From Marispirochaeta sp. (GTDB lineage: Bacteria > Spirochaetota > Spirochaetia > JC444 > Marispirochaetaceae): a stretch of 64,000 bases of DNA. The translations under genes and the position numbers were made by a program. The notes beneath the pieces were generated by a model. That model saw only the letters and a list, made by a program, of their open reading frames with translations. It searched no databases and was not told the DNA's origin. Location of the stretch: the NCBI GenBank assembly GCA_963676835.2, contig CAXXFF010000003.1, positions 480,001-544,000 on the forward strand, written 5' to 3'. This document shows, piece by piece, positions 1 through 9,443 of this stretch. The first letter of the stretch is position 1; every line of letters starts with the position of its first letter.

Positions 1-55
1 GAGAACCGGAATGTGATACACCCCTCTTGGGCCGATTCGGTGGAGGAGGCACAGT

Positions 56-871
56 ATGGCAATTATCTGTATTTCCCGGGAACTTGCCGCCAACGGCGAG
101 GAAACCGGCAGAGAACTTGCAAAACTGGCCGGATACCGTTTCATTGAAAGGGGATTCATCGACGCATGGCTTGCTGAACACGATATCGGACCGCAGGTTC
201 TGAACAAGTATGATGAGAGGAAACCGGGCTTTTTTGCCGCCATGCCGGAACACCGGGATGAGTTTCTTCATTATCTGAGTATGGCAATTATCGAAGAGGC
301 CGCGGACAACCACTGCGTCTTTGTTGGCCGGGGGGCTGGTGCTATTCTTTCAGGGATTCCCGGAGTTATCTCCGTTCTGCTGACAGCACCTGAAGAAACC
401 CGCATCCAGCGTCTGATAAATGCCCACGGCATAGACTCTCATCTGGCAGAATCAAGAATTCATCGCAGCGACCGGGACCGCAAGGGTTTTTACCGCTATT
501 TCTTCCACAGAAACTGGCAGAGCAGCCGCTGGTATGATCTTGTTATAAACACTCAAGTCCTGAGCCCGCTTCAGGCAGCCCGAATAGTGGATGGCTTCCG
601 CCGGGAAATATCCACTCCCGAAAATGAGATGCACACCCTGGCTGCATTACAGCAGAAACTGCTTGAAAAAGAGGTTGTCCATGCTGTGCTGTATAAAGCA
701 GGCATAGATATTCACAATCTGATTGTAGATATTGCAGGCCACACCGTTACCCTCAAAGGCTATACCGAAACGCTTCAGAGTGCAGAAAAAGCAGCATCCG
801 CAGCCAGAGGTGTTGAAGGGGTTATTGCAGTCAATCAGGAAATCAGCATAGTTCCTAATGTTGTAGCTTAG
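56..871 (+). CDS. Cytidylate kinase-like family protein with C-terminal BON domain
   Basis: N-terminal ISRELAANG (degenerate P-loop), VFVGRG, D..R..FY..FF, YDLVINT motifs; C-terminal GHTVTLKG...AASAARGVEGVIAVNQEI BON-like; GGAGG upstream. Confidence 0.8.
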   Translation: MAIICISRELAANGEETGRELAKLAGYRFIERGFIDAWLAEHDIGPQVLNKYDERKPGFFAAMPEHRDEFLHYLSMAIIEEAADNHCVFVGRGAGAILSGIPGVISVLLTAPEETRIQRLINAHGIDSHLAESRIHRSDRDRKGFYRYFFHRNWQSSRWYDLVINTQVLSPLQAARIVDGFRREISTPENEMHTLAALQQKLLEKEVVHAVLYKAGIDIHNLIVDIAGHTVTLKGYTETLQSAEKAASAARGVEGVIAVNQEISIVPNVVA

Positions 872-911
872 TTGCTCCTCAGGCATGAGTTAGTTGCGGC
901 GTAACAGACAG

Positions 912-942
912 AAAAATACCCCCGGCAAAACCGGGGGCTTTT
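912..942. terminator. Probable bidirectional intrinsic terminator between convergent genes
   Basis: CCCCCGG-CAAAA-CCGGGGG stem (919-937) flanked by AAAAA and TTTT. Confidence 0.75.
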
Positions 943-968
943 ATGCTTGTTTACAGCAGGGATTACAA

Positions 969-2546
969 TCAGTATTTGGCCAGTACCGGAAGAATCCGCT
1001 CTTTTCCGGCGGTAAGAATAAATGCCGCCAGCCGGGGGCCTTTATCCTTGCCGATTATTGCCTGGTAGACCAGGGTAAAAAAGTCGGAAGGTTCCATTCC
1101 GGCATCGGAGGCTATGGCATAAATTGCTTCAGCAAGGCTCTCCTCAGTCATTGAGTCAAGCTTTTCAACTGTAGAGGCAAGGGCCTGAAGGGAAGCCTTT
1201 TCTTTTTCCGAGACATCAATAGCCGGATCATCCGCTGTCTTGAGGGCAAAGCGGAAATCTTCCGGGGCATATCCGGTAATCCAGTTCCAGGCACATTCTG
1301 CCCGTGTTTTCAGCCGTTCAACCTGATAAGGCTCTACATCCGGCAGAGCGGCAATGGTGTGGTCTATGTCCCCATCATATGTCTGCAGCAGGTTGGTTAG
1401 ATGCCTTATGGGAATCTGATAGGGAATTTTCTCAGGGATATCATCGACCTGGGAGAATTCGTAGATTCTTGCCTGCTTTTCCCACTTTTTACGCTGCTTG
1501 TCGGTTTCCGGTTTGGTAAAGAAGGTGCGCTCGCATTTATCATAGTCTTCGTAGATCTTGAGTACATCCAGATCGAAGGAGATGGCAAACTCGGCGTTGG
1601 GCCGGGTTCCCGCAAAGAGAAAGCGGGTAACTTCGGGGGTGTATATTTCAAGAACATCGTAGAGGCTGACAACCTCACCGGAGGAGGATGAGATTTTCCC
1701 TCCCCTGCCCTTTATGCGGACAAAATCATACTGAAATGATACCGGTGCGGTACCGCCGTAGACAGCCTCAACCAGTTCCCGGGCGGTGTCGAAGCTGCCG
1801 CCTTCCGAGTGATGGTCTTTTCCGGCGGGTTCAAAATCAACCTGCTCCTTGTGCCAGCGCATGGGCCAGTCGATCCGCCAGGGAAGCTTTACCGTCTCTG
1901 CCTTTCGCAGATCCACGGACTCCTTGTTGCCGCAGGAGGAGCAGCTGTAGCTGACAGTCCAGTCACCATCCCAGGATTCAATGTCGGTGGTGTCCTTACC
2001 GCATTTGGTGCAGAATACGGAAACAGGCTTCCAGTCTGCCGCCAGAGGTGCGGTGCGGTGCTCGTTGAGAATGGAGCGGATAACACCCTCTTTTTCCAGG
2101 GCAGTGCGGATCTGTTCAGCATAGGCCGAAGCGCCGTACTCTTTTGCCTGATAGATATATTCGGGATTGATGCCAACGGCGGGAAGGATTTTCTCCACCG
2201 CTGTCTCGTTGGCCCGGGCGTAGCTCTCTTCCTTTCCATGGGGATCGGGAACTTCGGTTATGGATTTTCTCAAAAAAGTCTCAAGCTCGTCCGGATTGGG
2301 CATATTTTTCGGGACTTTACGGAATACATCGAAGTCGTCCCAGGAGTAGATAAAGCGGACATCCCTGCCGGCATCTTTCAATGCCCGGACAACCAGTTCG
2401 GTGGAGATGATTTCCCTGAAGTTTCCGATATGAACAGTTCCGGAGGGGGTAATTCCGGATGCGCAGGTATAACGGGCCTTGTCGCCTTTTTCGCGGATAA
2501 TTCTGTCCGCGTTAACGTCTGCCCAGTGTGATGTTTTCGGTGCCAT
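969..2546 (-). CDS. lysS: Lysine--tRNA ligase, class I
   Basis: SGITPSGTVHIGNFRE (HIGH), KLPWRIDWPMRW, FEPAGKDH, GKISSSSG (KMSKS), CxxC zinc knuckles, GPRL C-terminus. Confidence 0.97.
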   Translation of the reverse strand: MAPKTSHWADVNADRIIREKGDKARYTCASGITPSGTVHIGNFREIISTELVVRALKDAGRDVRFIYSWDDFDVFRKVPKNMPNPDELETFLRKSITEVPDPHGKEESYARANETAVEKILPAVGINPEYIYQAKEYGASAYAEQIRTALEKEGVIRSILNEHRTAPLAADWKPVSVFCTKCGKDTTDIESWDGDWTVSYSCSSCGNKESVDLRKAETVKLPWRIDWPMRWHKEQVDFEPAGKDHHSEGGSFDTARELVEAVYGGTAPVSFQYDFVRIKGRGGKISSSSGEVVSLYDVLEIYTPEVTRFLFAGTRPNAEFAISFDLDVLKIYEDYDKCERTFFTKPETDKQRKKWEKQARIYEFSQVDDIPEKIPYQIPIRHLTNLLQTYDGDIDHTIAALPDVEPYQVERLKTRAECAWNWITGYAPEDFRFALKTADDPAIDVSEKEKASLQALASTVEKLDSMTEESLAEAIYAIASDAGMEPSDFFTLVYQAIIGKDKGPRLAAFILTAGKERILPVLAKY

Positions 2547-2553
2547 GGCGCCT

Positions 2554-2583
2554 ACTATACCGCAGCAGGCGCCGAAACTTCAA
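2554..2583 (-). promoter_or_regulatory. Sigma70-type promoter of lysS, probably leaderless
   Basis: TTGAAG-18 nt-TATAGT, 7 nt before ATG; no SD. Confidence 0.6.
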
Positions 2584-2598
2584 GCGACAGCCTCAGGC

Positions 2599-3297
2599 TC
2601 AACGGGGGAAGCAGTTGATAACGTAGTCGTAGGTACCAGGGGGAAAATAATCTCCTCCAGAACTGTTTTGCGATGTAGCATAAATTACTGTTGTAACACC
2701 ATTACCATGCTCAAAGAACATATAAACCAGACCATAAAGATCAGGCCCGTTGGCAAAAATAAAAGTTCCCTCTCCATTAAAGACTTCCGCGGAACTGTTT
2801 GTACTGACAGTAACAACGGCCAGACTACCGTCGATGGTAGAAGTGGGTCCACCGTCACTGATCCCTTTAACTGCGGTATAAGGTAAATCATAAGTACTTG
2901 CAGTTGTTGAAGAATAGTATGTATTCATGGACACAGACCCGTGAAAAGTATCTACATATCCGGTTCCTGCATCGGCGTAAAGATTTCGTCCCGGAAAGAA
3001 AGTGTTCAGATAGTCCGTTACCCCGGTCCACTGCTCTCCCGAAACCAAAATTGCATCAAGCGCAGGGATCGATTTCCAGAAACTGGTTGTATTCAGGGTA
3101 AAGATAGGATCAGCATAGCTGAAAGTACCGTCAGATGTCACTTCTCCATCATACTCCTCCTGAAAAGTACCCACGGATAAATTTAAGGTAGTTTCTGCCA
3201 CAACCGGCATGAATGCCGGGGAATAAAACAGGTACTCGCAGGTACTCAGAAGCAGCACTGCCCCGCACAATAGAAGCAATCGTATTATTCTGTTCAT
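2599..3297 (-). CDS. Hypothetical lipoprotein, beta-rich, Thr/Ser/Tyr-rich
   Basis: MNRIIR + hydrophobic stretch + LLLSTC lipobox; start overlaps upstream stop (ATGA). Confidence 0.65.
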   Translation of the reverse strand: MNRIIRLLLLCGAVLLLSTCEYLFYSPAFMPVVAETTLNLSVGTFQEEYDGEVTSDGTFSYADPIFTLNTTSFWKSIPALDAILVSGEQWTGVTDYLNTFFPGRNLYADAGTGYVDTFHGSVSMNTYYSSTTASTYDLPYTAVKGISDGGPTSTIDGSLAVVTVSTNSSAEVFNGEGTFIFANGPDLYGLVYMFFEHGNGVTTVIYATSQNSSGGDYFPPGTYDYVINCFPR

Positions 3298-5129
3298 GGT
3301 TTAAACTTTCCTCCCATTCCAATCATGGGAAAGGATCCCACCGGTGAGTAATAGTATTCCGCTTCAAAAAAGAGGGTAAAATCCGGCAGTTTCCAGATAT
3401 TTTTCAGGGGAATCTCGAAACCCAACGCCGGGCCGGTGGCTCCTCCAATAAAGGCGTATTCCGTTTGCAATGCCAGATGCAGGATTGCAGCAAGATAAGG
3501 CTGGACGGGAATATCAAAGGATGCCGCCGGAAAAAAGAGGGCTTTGGTGTTTACACAGGGAAAGATATTCAGCGGATCAAAATAGTCCCCCGCTGCGCCG
3601 GCAAGGAGATCCAGGCTGAAATAATTTTTCAGAAGATCAATACCACCGCCTACCATGCCATAGGAACCACCCGCAAGCTGTACCGCAAGATAGGGCTTGG
3701 AAATCCAGGGGCGTCTGCTTTTTTCAATATCCGGCAGTCCGTTTTCCTTGATATGCTGCAGGGTTCTGCGGTTGTCTGACGCGGCTTTTACCGGCCCTGT
3801 ACCGATATCATAGGCGACGGTGGCCCAGAAGGGCAGCTGCCAGAGAATCATCCCGAGATCACTGTCCATCATCTCGAGTTCCGATGCCCCGAGAATGAGT
3901 CCGGCGGAAAGCATGGAGGCAAGGCTCAGAATTCCTGCGGTTTTCATATCTCCCGCAAGGACATAGCCGAAACGGGGCGAGGCCGCCAGCATCAGAGGCC
4001 AGCCTGGGGGGCCCTGGTCAAACTTGCCTTCCGCTCCGGGAAGCAAAATAAACATTACCTGGGTTGCGGTTATAAGAATATTGGTTGCCGCCCCCAGCCA
4101 GACCCGGTTCAGTGCCGGGCGGACATAGGGATTGGAAGGATCCACGGAAAGATCAAATTCCAGGCTTCCCCCTGCGAGGCTTGTTTCCGAGGAAAGAAAG
4201 TACTCCCGCTCCAGAAGCAGTGTTCCACCGGAAGCAAGAAACATGGGGTCTGCAACAAGGGGTGTGCGGCCAAGAAGTTGTCCATCAAGAAATACGGATG
4301 CATCCCGGGGAGATGTTTTTACTGTTTCGGAACCGGCCAGAGCAAGCGGGGCTTCTACTGCGGCATTCCAGTCGTCCCGGTTAAGATCGGGATCGACCGT
4401 AAATGGAATAGTATAGTCCTCACCTTCTTCGACATTCAGCAGATAGCTGACCAGATGATAGGGAGCATCCCCTTCAGTTTCCGGGGGGAGAAAAATCGAA
4501 ATGCGGCGTTCTCCGTAAAGAACTTCCCGTTTATCCACATTTTCGCCGACCCGGTTGCCGTCAATTTCTACAATATATGGTGATTCCGGAGTTTTATTTT
4601 CAAACACCAGCCTGCCGAATCCGATATGAATACCGGTAAAGTCTTCGGCAAACCTCAAGGTTGCAAGATCCATGGAGTCAAACAGATCAAATGCACTGAG
4701 AACTTCCATCTCAACCCCTAACTTTACTTCATCCGTTGCCATCTCCCACGAATAGGCGGTAATTCTGTATCCCCCCTCTTCTCGCGGTTCGATGGCACCG
4801 TACACTGCATAATCGGTGAAGTTCTGACGCAGATCATCAAAGACCTCCTCAGAATCAAGGGGTCCGGGAAACTCTCTGCGGCTTATCTGATACTTGTCCA
4901 GCAGCTGAAAGGTCAAGGTCAGGGTATCTGTAGCGGCCTGGGCAAGGCTGGCAATTCCAGGATCCCCGGATGGGACATTAAAGGGAAATATAGCTACCCG
5001 AGGTCTGTTTTCCTGACTGAACAGGGCAGCAGAACCACACAGGAGAGCCATCATCACAATAGTACGCAGAACTCTTTTATTGGTATTCACAACAATTCCT
5101 ACTGTAGTAGCTTTGTATCTGTTTCTCAA
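3294..5129 (-). CDS. Secreted CsgG/TolB-N-like + PEGA domain protein with C-terminal beta-barrel-like region
   Basis: Signal peptide ending ALFS; RVAIFPF...YAVYGAI; KTSPRDASVFLDGQLLGRTPL (PEGA); alternating aromatic strands at C-terminus; true start may be downstream of 5129. Confidence 0.6.
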   Translation of the reverse strand: MRNRYKATTVGIVVNTNKRVLRTIVMMALLCGSAALFSQENRPRVAIFPFNVPSGDPGIASLAQAATDTLTLTFQLLDKYQISRREFPGPLDSEEVFDDLRQNFTDYAVYGAIEPREEGGYRITAYSWEMATDEVKLGVEMEVLSAFDLFDSMDLATLRFAEDFTGIHIGFGRLVFENKTPESPYIVEIDGNRVGENVDKREVLYGERRISIFLPPETEGDAPYHLVSYLLNVEEGEDYTIPFTVDPDLNRDDWNAAVEAPLALAGSETVKTSPRDASVFLDGQLLGRTPLVADPMFLASGGTLLLEREYFLSSETSLAGGSLEFDLSVDPSNPYVRPALNRVWLGAATNILITATQVMFILLPGAEGKFDQGPPGWPLMLAASPRFGYVLAGDMKTAGILSLASMLSAGLILGASELEMMDSDLGMILWQLPFWATVAYDIGTGPVKAASDNRRTLQHIKENGLPDIEKSRRPWISKPYLAVQLAGGSYGMVGGGIDLLKNYFSLDLLAGAAGDYFDPLNIFPCVNTKALFFPAASFDIPVQPYLAAILHLALQTEYAFIGGATGPALGFEIPLKNIWKLPDFTLFFEAEYYYSPVGSFPMIGMGGKFKP

Positions 5130-5176
5130 CTACTGATATTTGTGTATTTTAACTTTCGACAGGGGGCACCTAAAAG

Positions 5177-5854
5177 ATGAATATCCACTACCTTCAGCAT
5201 GTTTCCTTTGAGACACCCGCAAGAATAGCCCGATGGGCAGAGAGGACAGGACATACCCTAGAGGGAGTGCATCTGTATGCGGGAGATTCCATTCCCCGGA
5301 TAGAAGACGTTGAAGGCCTGATAGTTATGGGCGGCCCAATGAGTGTACATGATGAATCACTGTACCCCTGGATGAAGAAAGAGAAGCAGCTGATTAAGTC
5401 GATGATAGAGGCATCAAAACCGGTTTTCGGGGTATGCCTGGGAGCACAGCTGATTGCGGAAGTCCTGGACGCTTCAGTTGAACCCATGGGTTACAGGGAA
5501 ATCGGCTGGTGGCCTGTCAGAGACAACGAAGGAAATGATTTTACCGCTTTTCACTGGCATGGAGAACGATTTTCGCTCCCCCGAGGGGCAGAACATCTAT
5601 ACTTCAGCAAGGCATGGGAGGAACAGGGATTCCGATTCGGCAAAAAATGCATTGGTCTCCAGTTTCATCTCGAGATGGATAAAGCCGCAATAGACAGGCT
5701 GCTTGAAAACTGCAGGGATGAAATTACCGACAGCTTCAGTAACAACCACACCTGGGTTCACACAGAAAAAGAGATTCTTTTATTTGCGGAAAAGATGAAT
5801 TATGACAAACTGATGCAGATTCTTTCCGACTTGCTCAATCCGCTTTTCAGCTGA
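5177..5854 (+). CDS. Type 1 glutamine amidotransferase (GMP synthase-like)
   Basis: MGGPMSV, GVCLGAQL (Cys nucleophile), EIGW, WHGE, QFHLE. Confidence 0.9.
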   Translation: MNIHYLQHVSFETPARIARWAERTGHTLEGVHLYAGDSIPRIEDVEGLIVMGGPMSVHDESLYPWMKKEKQLIKSMIEASKPVFGVCLGAQLIAEVLDASVEPMGYREIGWWPVRDNEGNDFTAFHWHGERFSLPRGAEHLYFSKAWEEQGFRFGKKCIGLQFHLEMDKAAIDRLLENCRDEITDSFSNNHTWVHTEKEILLFAEKMNYDKLMQILSDLLNPLFS

Positions 5855-5856
5855 TT

Positions 5857-6048
5857 TCAGGCAAACTCATCGATGGAATGGGAGTCATACTCCCGGCGGA
5901 GCTCCTCTTCTTTGCGCACCGCTTCGTCATCTTGCTGCCGGCGCCGTTCCTGCTCCAGCCGTTTTTCTTCGAGTTCCCGATCGATTCTCTCCTGGTTTCC
6001 TCTTTCGGGGGAAACAGGATTTACTGCAGATATGCTATCTACTGCCAT
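5857..6048 (-). CDS. Small charged hypothetical protein
   Basis: 63 aa; AGGGGG SD; coiled-coil-like E/R/Q run; ends IDEFA. Confidence 0.65.
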   Translation of the reverse strand: MAVDSISAVNPVSPERGNQERIDRELEEKRLEQERRRQQDDEAVRKEEELRREYDSHSIDEFA

Positions 6049-6101
6049 AGCAACCCCCTAAGCTTGGTTTTTTCTCAAACTCCTGTTAAAATTTACCTAC
6101 A

Positions 6102-6704
6102 ATGAAGAGTAAAGTCAAAACTACTGCATTCCTGCTCATGCTTTTTACCGGGGTCTTTTTTACAGAAATGGTCTCTGCAGAACCCCTCTATACCGCCCGG
6201 GGCATATCCTCCTGGTACGGACCCGGTTTTCATGGAAAACTGACTGCCAGCGGAGAACGGTTCGACAGCAATGATCTTACCGCCGCCCATAAAACCCTCC
6301 CCTTCGGCACAATGTTGAAGGTAACCAACCGGGATAACGGCAAATCTGTGGTTGTGCGGGTTAATGACCGGGGGCCCTTTGTACCGGGAAGAATTATTGA
6401 TGTTTCCAGAGGTGCAGCGGTAAAACTTGGAATGATCGAAACCGGGACAGCTCCGGTGCTCATAGAGGAGCTTCCCGGTCCGGCCCGGGAGCCGAAACTG
6501 TTCAGCGTACAGGCGGCTTCATATTCTGTCAGGGAAAACGCTGAAAGGCTGATCCGGGATCTTGCGGATTCGGGACTTACAGCTGAAATTGTCCGGGCAG
6601 GAGAGTATTACCGGGTAATATTTACAGACGTATCAGAAGAAGAGTTACCGGATGTTGTGGAAGGTCTGAAAAGGATGGGAATCAGGAACCCGCTGATCCG
6701 CTGA
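6102..6704 (+). CDS. rlpA: Septal ring lytic transglycosylase RlpA with SPOR domain
   Basis: SWYGPGFHGKLTASGE, TAAHKTLPFGT, VRVNDRGPF, RIIDVS; C-terminal VQAASY...NAERL SPOR. Confidence 0.93.
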   Translation: MKSKVKTTAFLLMLFTGVFFTEMVSAEPLYTARGISSWYGPGFHGKLTASGERFDSNDLTAAHKTLPFGTMLKVTNRDNGKSVVVRVNDRGPFVPGRIIDVSRGAAVKLGMIETGTAPVLIEELPGPAREPKLFSVQAASYSVRENAERLIRDLADSGLTAEIVRAGEYYRVIFTDVSEEELPDVVEGLKRMGIRNPLIR

Positions 6705-7269
6705 CCGGCGTATACAGGGTTTCACCATGATAACGGTAGTAGAGATCTCCTGATGCCGGATAAAAATAGAGGGTCATTCCCTTTGTTCCTCCGGTTTTCT
6801 CGAGCTGAACAGAAATACCATTCTCTTTGAGCAGGTTTTTTCCCATTTCGAGGTTTTTCTTTCCCACCTGAAAATAGTCACTCCCGGTCATCCCCACTGC
6901 AGCACCGCCAAGAAGGTAAGCTTTCATCTCACCGGGAGCGGCACCCTTTCTGATAAGATTATGCAGCATGAATTCAAAAGCACAGTTAAGATAACGGAAG
7001 CGGTTGTCCTTTTCGTCCGTATCGGTGCAGGCATTTATATCTTCTTCATGGTGATGAGGCTCTTCCGCCAGCTGAGCATGACAGATAGCGCCTATTTTCC
7101 GGGAAGGAGAAAAGAGGATAACCGATACGCATGACCCCAGGAGCGTCCATATTCTTGGTGCCGGCCCTCTTGTATGCACGTAGAGTTCGCCGGGATAGAG
7201 CGAAACCTCATTCTTACTCTGGGGGAGTGTGTTAAATGGAATCGAGTCAGCTTTTACAGTCACAAACAT
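6682..7269 (-). CDS. cheD: Chemoreceptor glutamine deamidase CheD
   Basis: LYPGE, TLLGSCVSV, GAICH, AYLLGGA, VGKKN, TGG. Confidence 0.88.
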   Translation of the reverse strand: MFVTVKADSIPFNTLPQSKNEVSLYPGELYVHTRGPAPRIWTLLGSCVSVILFSPSRKIGAICHAQLAEEPHHHEEDINACTDTDEKDNRFRYLNCAFEFMLHNLIRKGAAPGEMKAYLLGGAAVGMTGSDYFQVGKKNLEMGKNLLKENGISVQLEKTGGTKGMTLYFYPASGDLYYRYHGETLYTPVSGSAGS

Positions 7270-7294
7270 ATGCTATTAAATATTTTGACCGGTA

Positions 7295-7885
7295 TCAATG
7301 AGAATCTTCTTTTATTGAAGCAATTCCGCCAATAAGCACACAACCGCCCTCTTGACGGTATTTGTCCAGAGTAAAGCCTGCAGTTTGTATATATTCTGCG
7401 GTGGGTCGGTTCAGATGACAGTTTCCCGCCATTTTTCTCCATACCGGTGTTACCGCATGCTGAACTTTTTTTGTAAGAGAGGAACAACCCAGTACATGTT
7501 CAAGAAAAATAATTCTTCCTCCGGGCCTTAAGACCCGCCGGACCTCCTGCAGGCCGCGGAGGGGATCCGGGACAGAACAGAACAGCAGGGTAAAGACCAC
7601 TGTATCAAAGGTATTATCTTCAAAGGGCAGATTTTCCACATCCGCAGCCATCAGGAAGGCACCGGCTTTCTCTCCCCTTTTTTTAAGCAGACTGCTGATT
7701 TCCAGATCGGACAGAGTAAGGGAAGCAAGTTGTGAAAAATCATACAAACCAAGATTCGCGCCGGTTCCTGCTCCCAGCTCCAGAACCTTTCCCCGGGCCT
7801 CGGGGATATGTGCCCTTCTGAGCTTGCGGATACCCATAGCCTCAAGGGGAACCATAAATGCATCGTATAAAGCGCTTCTGAACAA
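7295..7885 (-). CDS. Class I SAM-dependent methyltransferase
   Basis: VLELGAGTG, LPFEDNTFDTVV, RVLRPGG.IIFLEH. Confidence 0.9.
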   Translation of the reverse strand: MFRSALYDAFMVPLEAMGIRKLRRAHIPEARGKVLELGAGTGANLGLYDFSQLASLTLSDLEISSLLKKRGEKAGAFLMAADVENLPFEDNTFDTVVFTLLFCSVPDPLRGLQEVRRVLRPGGRIIFLEHVLGCSSLTKKVQHAVTPVWRKMAGNCHLNRPTAEYIQTAGFTLDKYRQEGGCVLIGGIASIKEDSH

Positions 7886-7924
7886 TCCCGTATTCTGCTC
7901 CTCTCCTGGTCTTTATACTGCCGC

Positions 7925-9127
7925 TTATGGTCCTAGCAGTTTCGGTCCAAGGTTACGGATTAAAAGTAAGCCTAAAGGTGCGGTAACGACAATTGAAAGA
8001 ACAGCCACGGAAAGCAGAATATCCCCGCCGGCTATTCCCATGGCAAGAGGGACGGAACCCAGGGCAGCCTGAACGGTGGCTTTGGGAAGATAGGCAAAAA
8101 GGCAGAAGAGCCGTTCCTTTTTATTGAGACGCTTCTCGAAGGAGGTGGAAAACCAGACACCCGCGGAACGTGCCAGGAGACCCGTAAAAATAAGCAGCAG
8201 GCCCCGGGCGCCTGCTTCCAGTGCGGTGGGGACATATACTGCCATGCCGATGAGCACAAAAAGAACAATCTCTGCTATTACCCATACCTTGGAAAGCTTC
8301 TGGGCAAGTTCGTGGGCTACGGGCTCTGCTGTTTCCAGCAGAATAAAGCCGACCGTCATTACCCCCAGGAGGGCTGCAAGGTGAAGCATATTTCCCACTT
8401 CCACCAGGATTATAGCGACCATCATAAGCAACAGGGTCTTTTCCGTTGCCCGTATCTTCTCATGGTGGCGGCGAAACCAGCGGGAAACAGCAAAACCGAT
8501 AATGACCCCGGCAACAACCCCTCCGATTATGGAGCCCGTTATAGACAAGGGTATTTTAACCATTTCCATGGCAGACAGGGCTTCTCCTGCACCCTGCCCT
8601 CCGGCAAGCATAAGAAAAAGCGAAAAGAAGGTGATTGCCACCACATCATCCACCGAAGCTCCGGCAAGAACAATGGTGGGGACCTCATTCTTACGCCCCA
8701 GTCCGCGCTCTTTCAGCTCCAGCATTGAGGGAACAACCACCGCCGGAGAAACCGCGGCAAGCATAAATGCGCCCACTGCAGAAACCAGTACCGGGAGGTT
8801 AAAAAGATAGTGATATGCGGCAGTAAGAACCGCAGCTTCAGCCAGACAGGGAATAAATGCCATGGGAACAGCAGCCCTGCCGACCTTCATAAGAGTGCTT
8901 TTGCTTATACCAAGCCCCGCCCGGAGAAGAATGACCACCAGAGCCAGGGATTTAAGAAAAGGACTGAGTTCGGCGATTAATGGCGGAATATACCCGGGAA
9001 TAAAAAATGAGAGGGCAATACCGAAAAGAACCATCCCCAGAATGGAAGGGAGAGATAATCTGGAAAGAAGTTTACCTGCGGCCCATCCGCCGACGAAAAA
9101 GAGAACAATAAAGAGGTTAAACGGCAT
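7925..9127 (-). CDS. Cation:proton antiporter (CPA, NHA/SLC9B-like)
   Basis: ILLRAGL, AVSPAVVVP, ASVDDV, PKATVQAA; about 12 TM segments. Confidence 0.9.
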   Translation of the reverse strand: MPFNLFIVLFFVGGWAAGKLLSRLSLPSILGMVLFGIALSFFIPGYIPPLIAELSPFLKSLALVVILLRAGLGISKSTLMKVGRAAVPMAFIPCLAEAAVLTAAYHYLFNLPVLVSAVGAFMLAAVSPAVVVPSMLELKERGLGRKNEVPTIVLAGASVDDVVAITFFSLFLMLAGGQGAGEALSAMEMVKIPLSITGSIIGGVVAGVIIGFAVSRWFRRHHEKIRATEKTLLLMMVAIILVEVGNMLHLAALLGVMTVGFILLETAEPVAHELAQKLSKVWVIAEIVLFVLIGMAVYVPTALEAGARGLLLIFTGLLARSAGVWFSTSFEKRLNKKERLFCLFAYLPKATVQAALGSVPLAMGIAGGDILLSVAVLSIVVTAPLGLLLIRNLGPKLLGP

Positions 9128-9137
9128 TAGGTAACTC

Positions 9138-9443
9138 CTACATAACAGTCATATACAGATAGGCTGCGGCTATTGAAGTTAGAACGGGAAGAATCAAACC
9201 GCCCCGGAACCATGCCACTGCCGCAGCTCCAACTACACCAAGAATACCAGCCATCGGCTCTTTCGGGAAAGAGTCTATAACCCCGGGAAAAATCAGCGCC
9301 CCAAGGGCGGCGATGGGCATAACCTTAAGAACAGAGGTTAAAAAGCGGGGCATCTTTTCCGGGAACGGCAGCAGAAAGGGCAAAGCCCTGGGCAGATAGG
9401 TTGCGAGGGCTGCTCCGAAGATAAAGAAAAACACCGGCTTCAT
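9138..9443 (-). CDS. azlD: AzlD branched-chain amino acid export protein
   Basis: TYLPRALPF, MPIAALGALI; coupled to azlC. Confidence 0.85.
   Translation of the reverse strand: MKPVFFFIFGAALATYLPRALPFLLPFPEKMPRFLTSVLKVMPIAALGALIFPGVIDSFPKEPMAGILGVVGAAAVAWFRGGLILPVLTSIAAAYLYMTVM

Noticed and set aside
56..871. CMK-like + BON fusion as novel
   Set aside because: Recognisable known architecture; context is cut off by the window edge.
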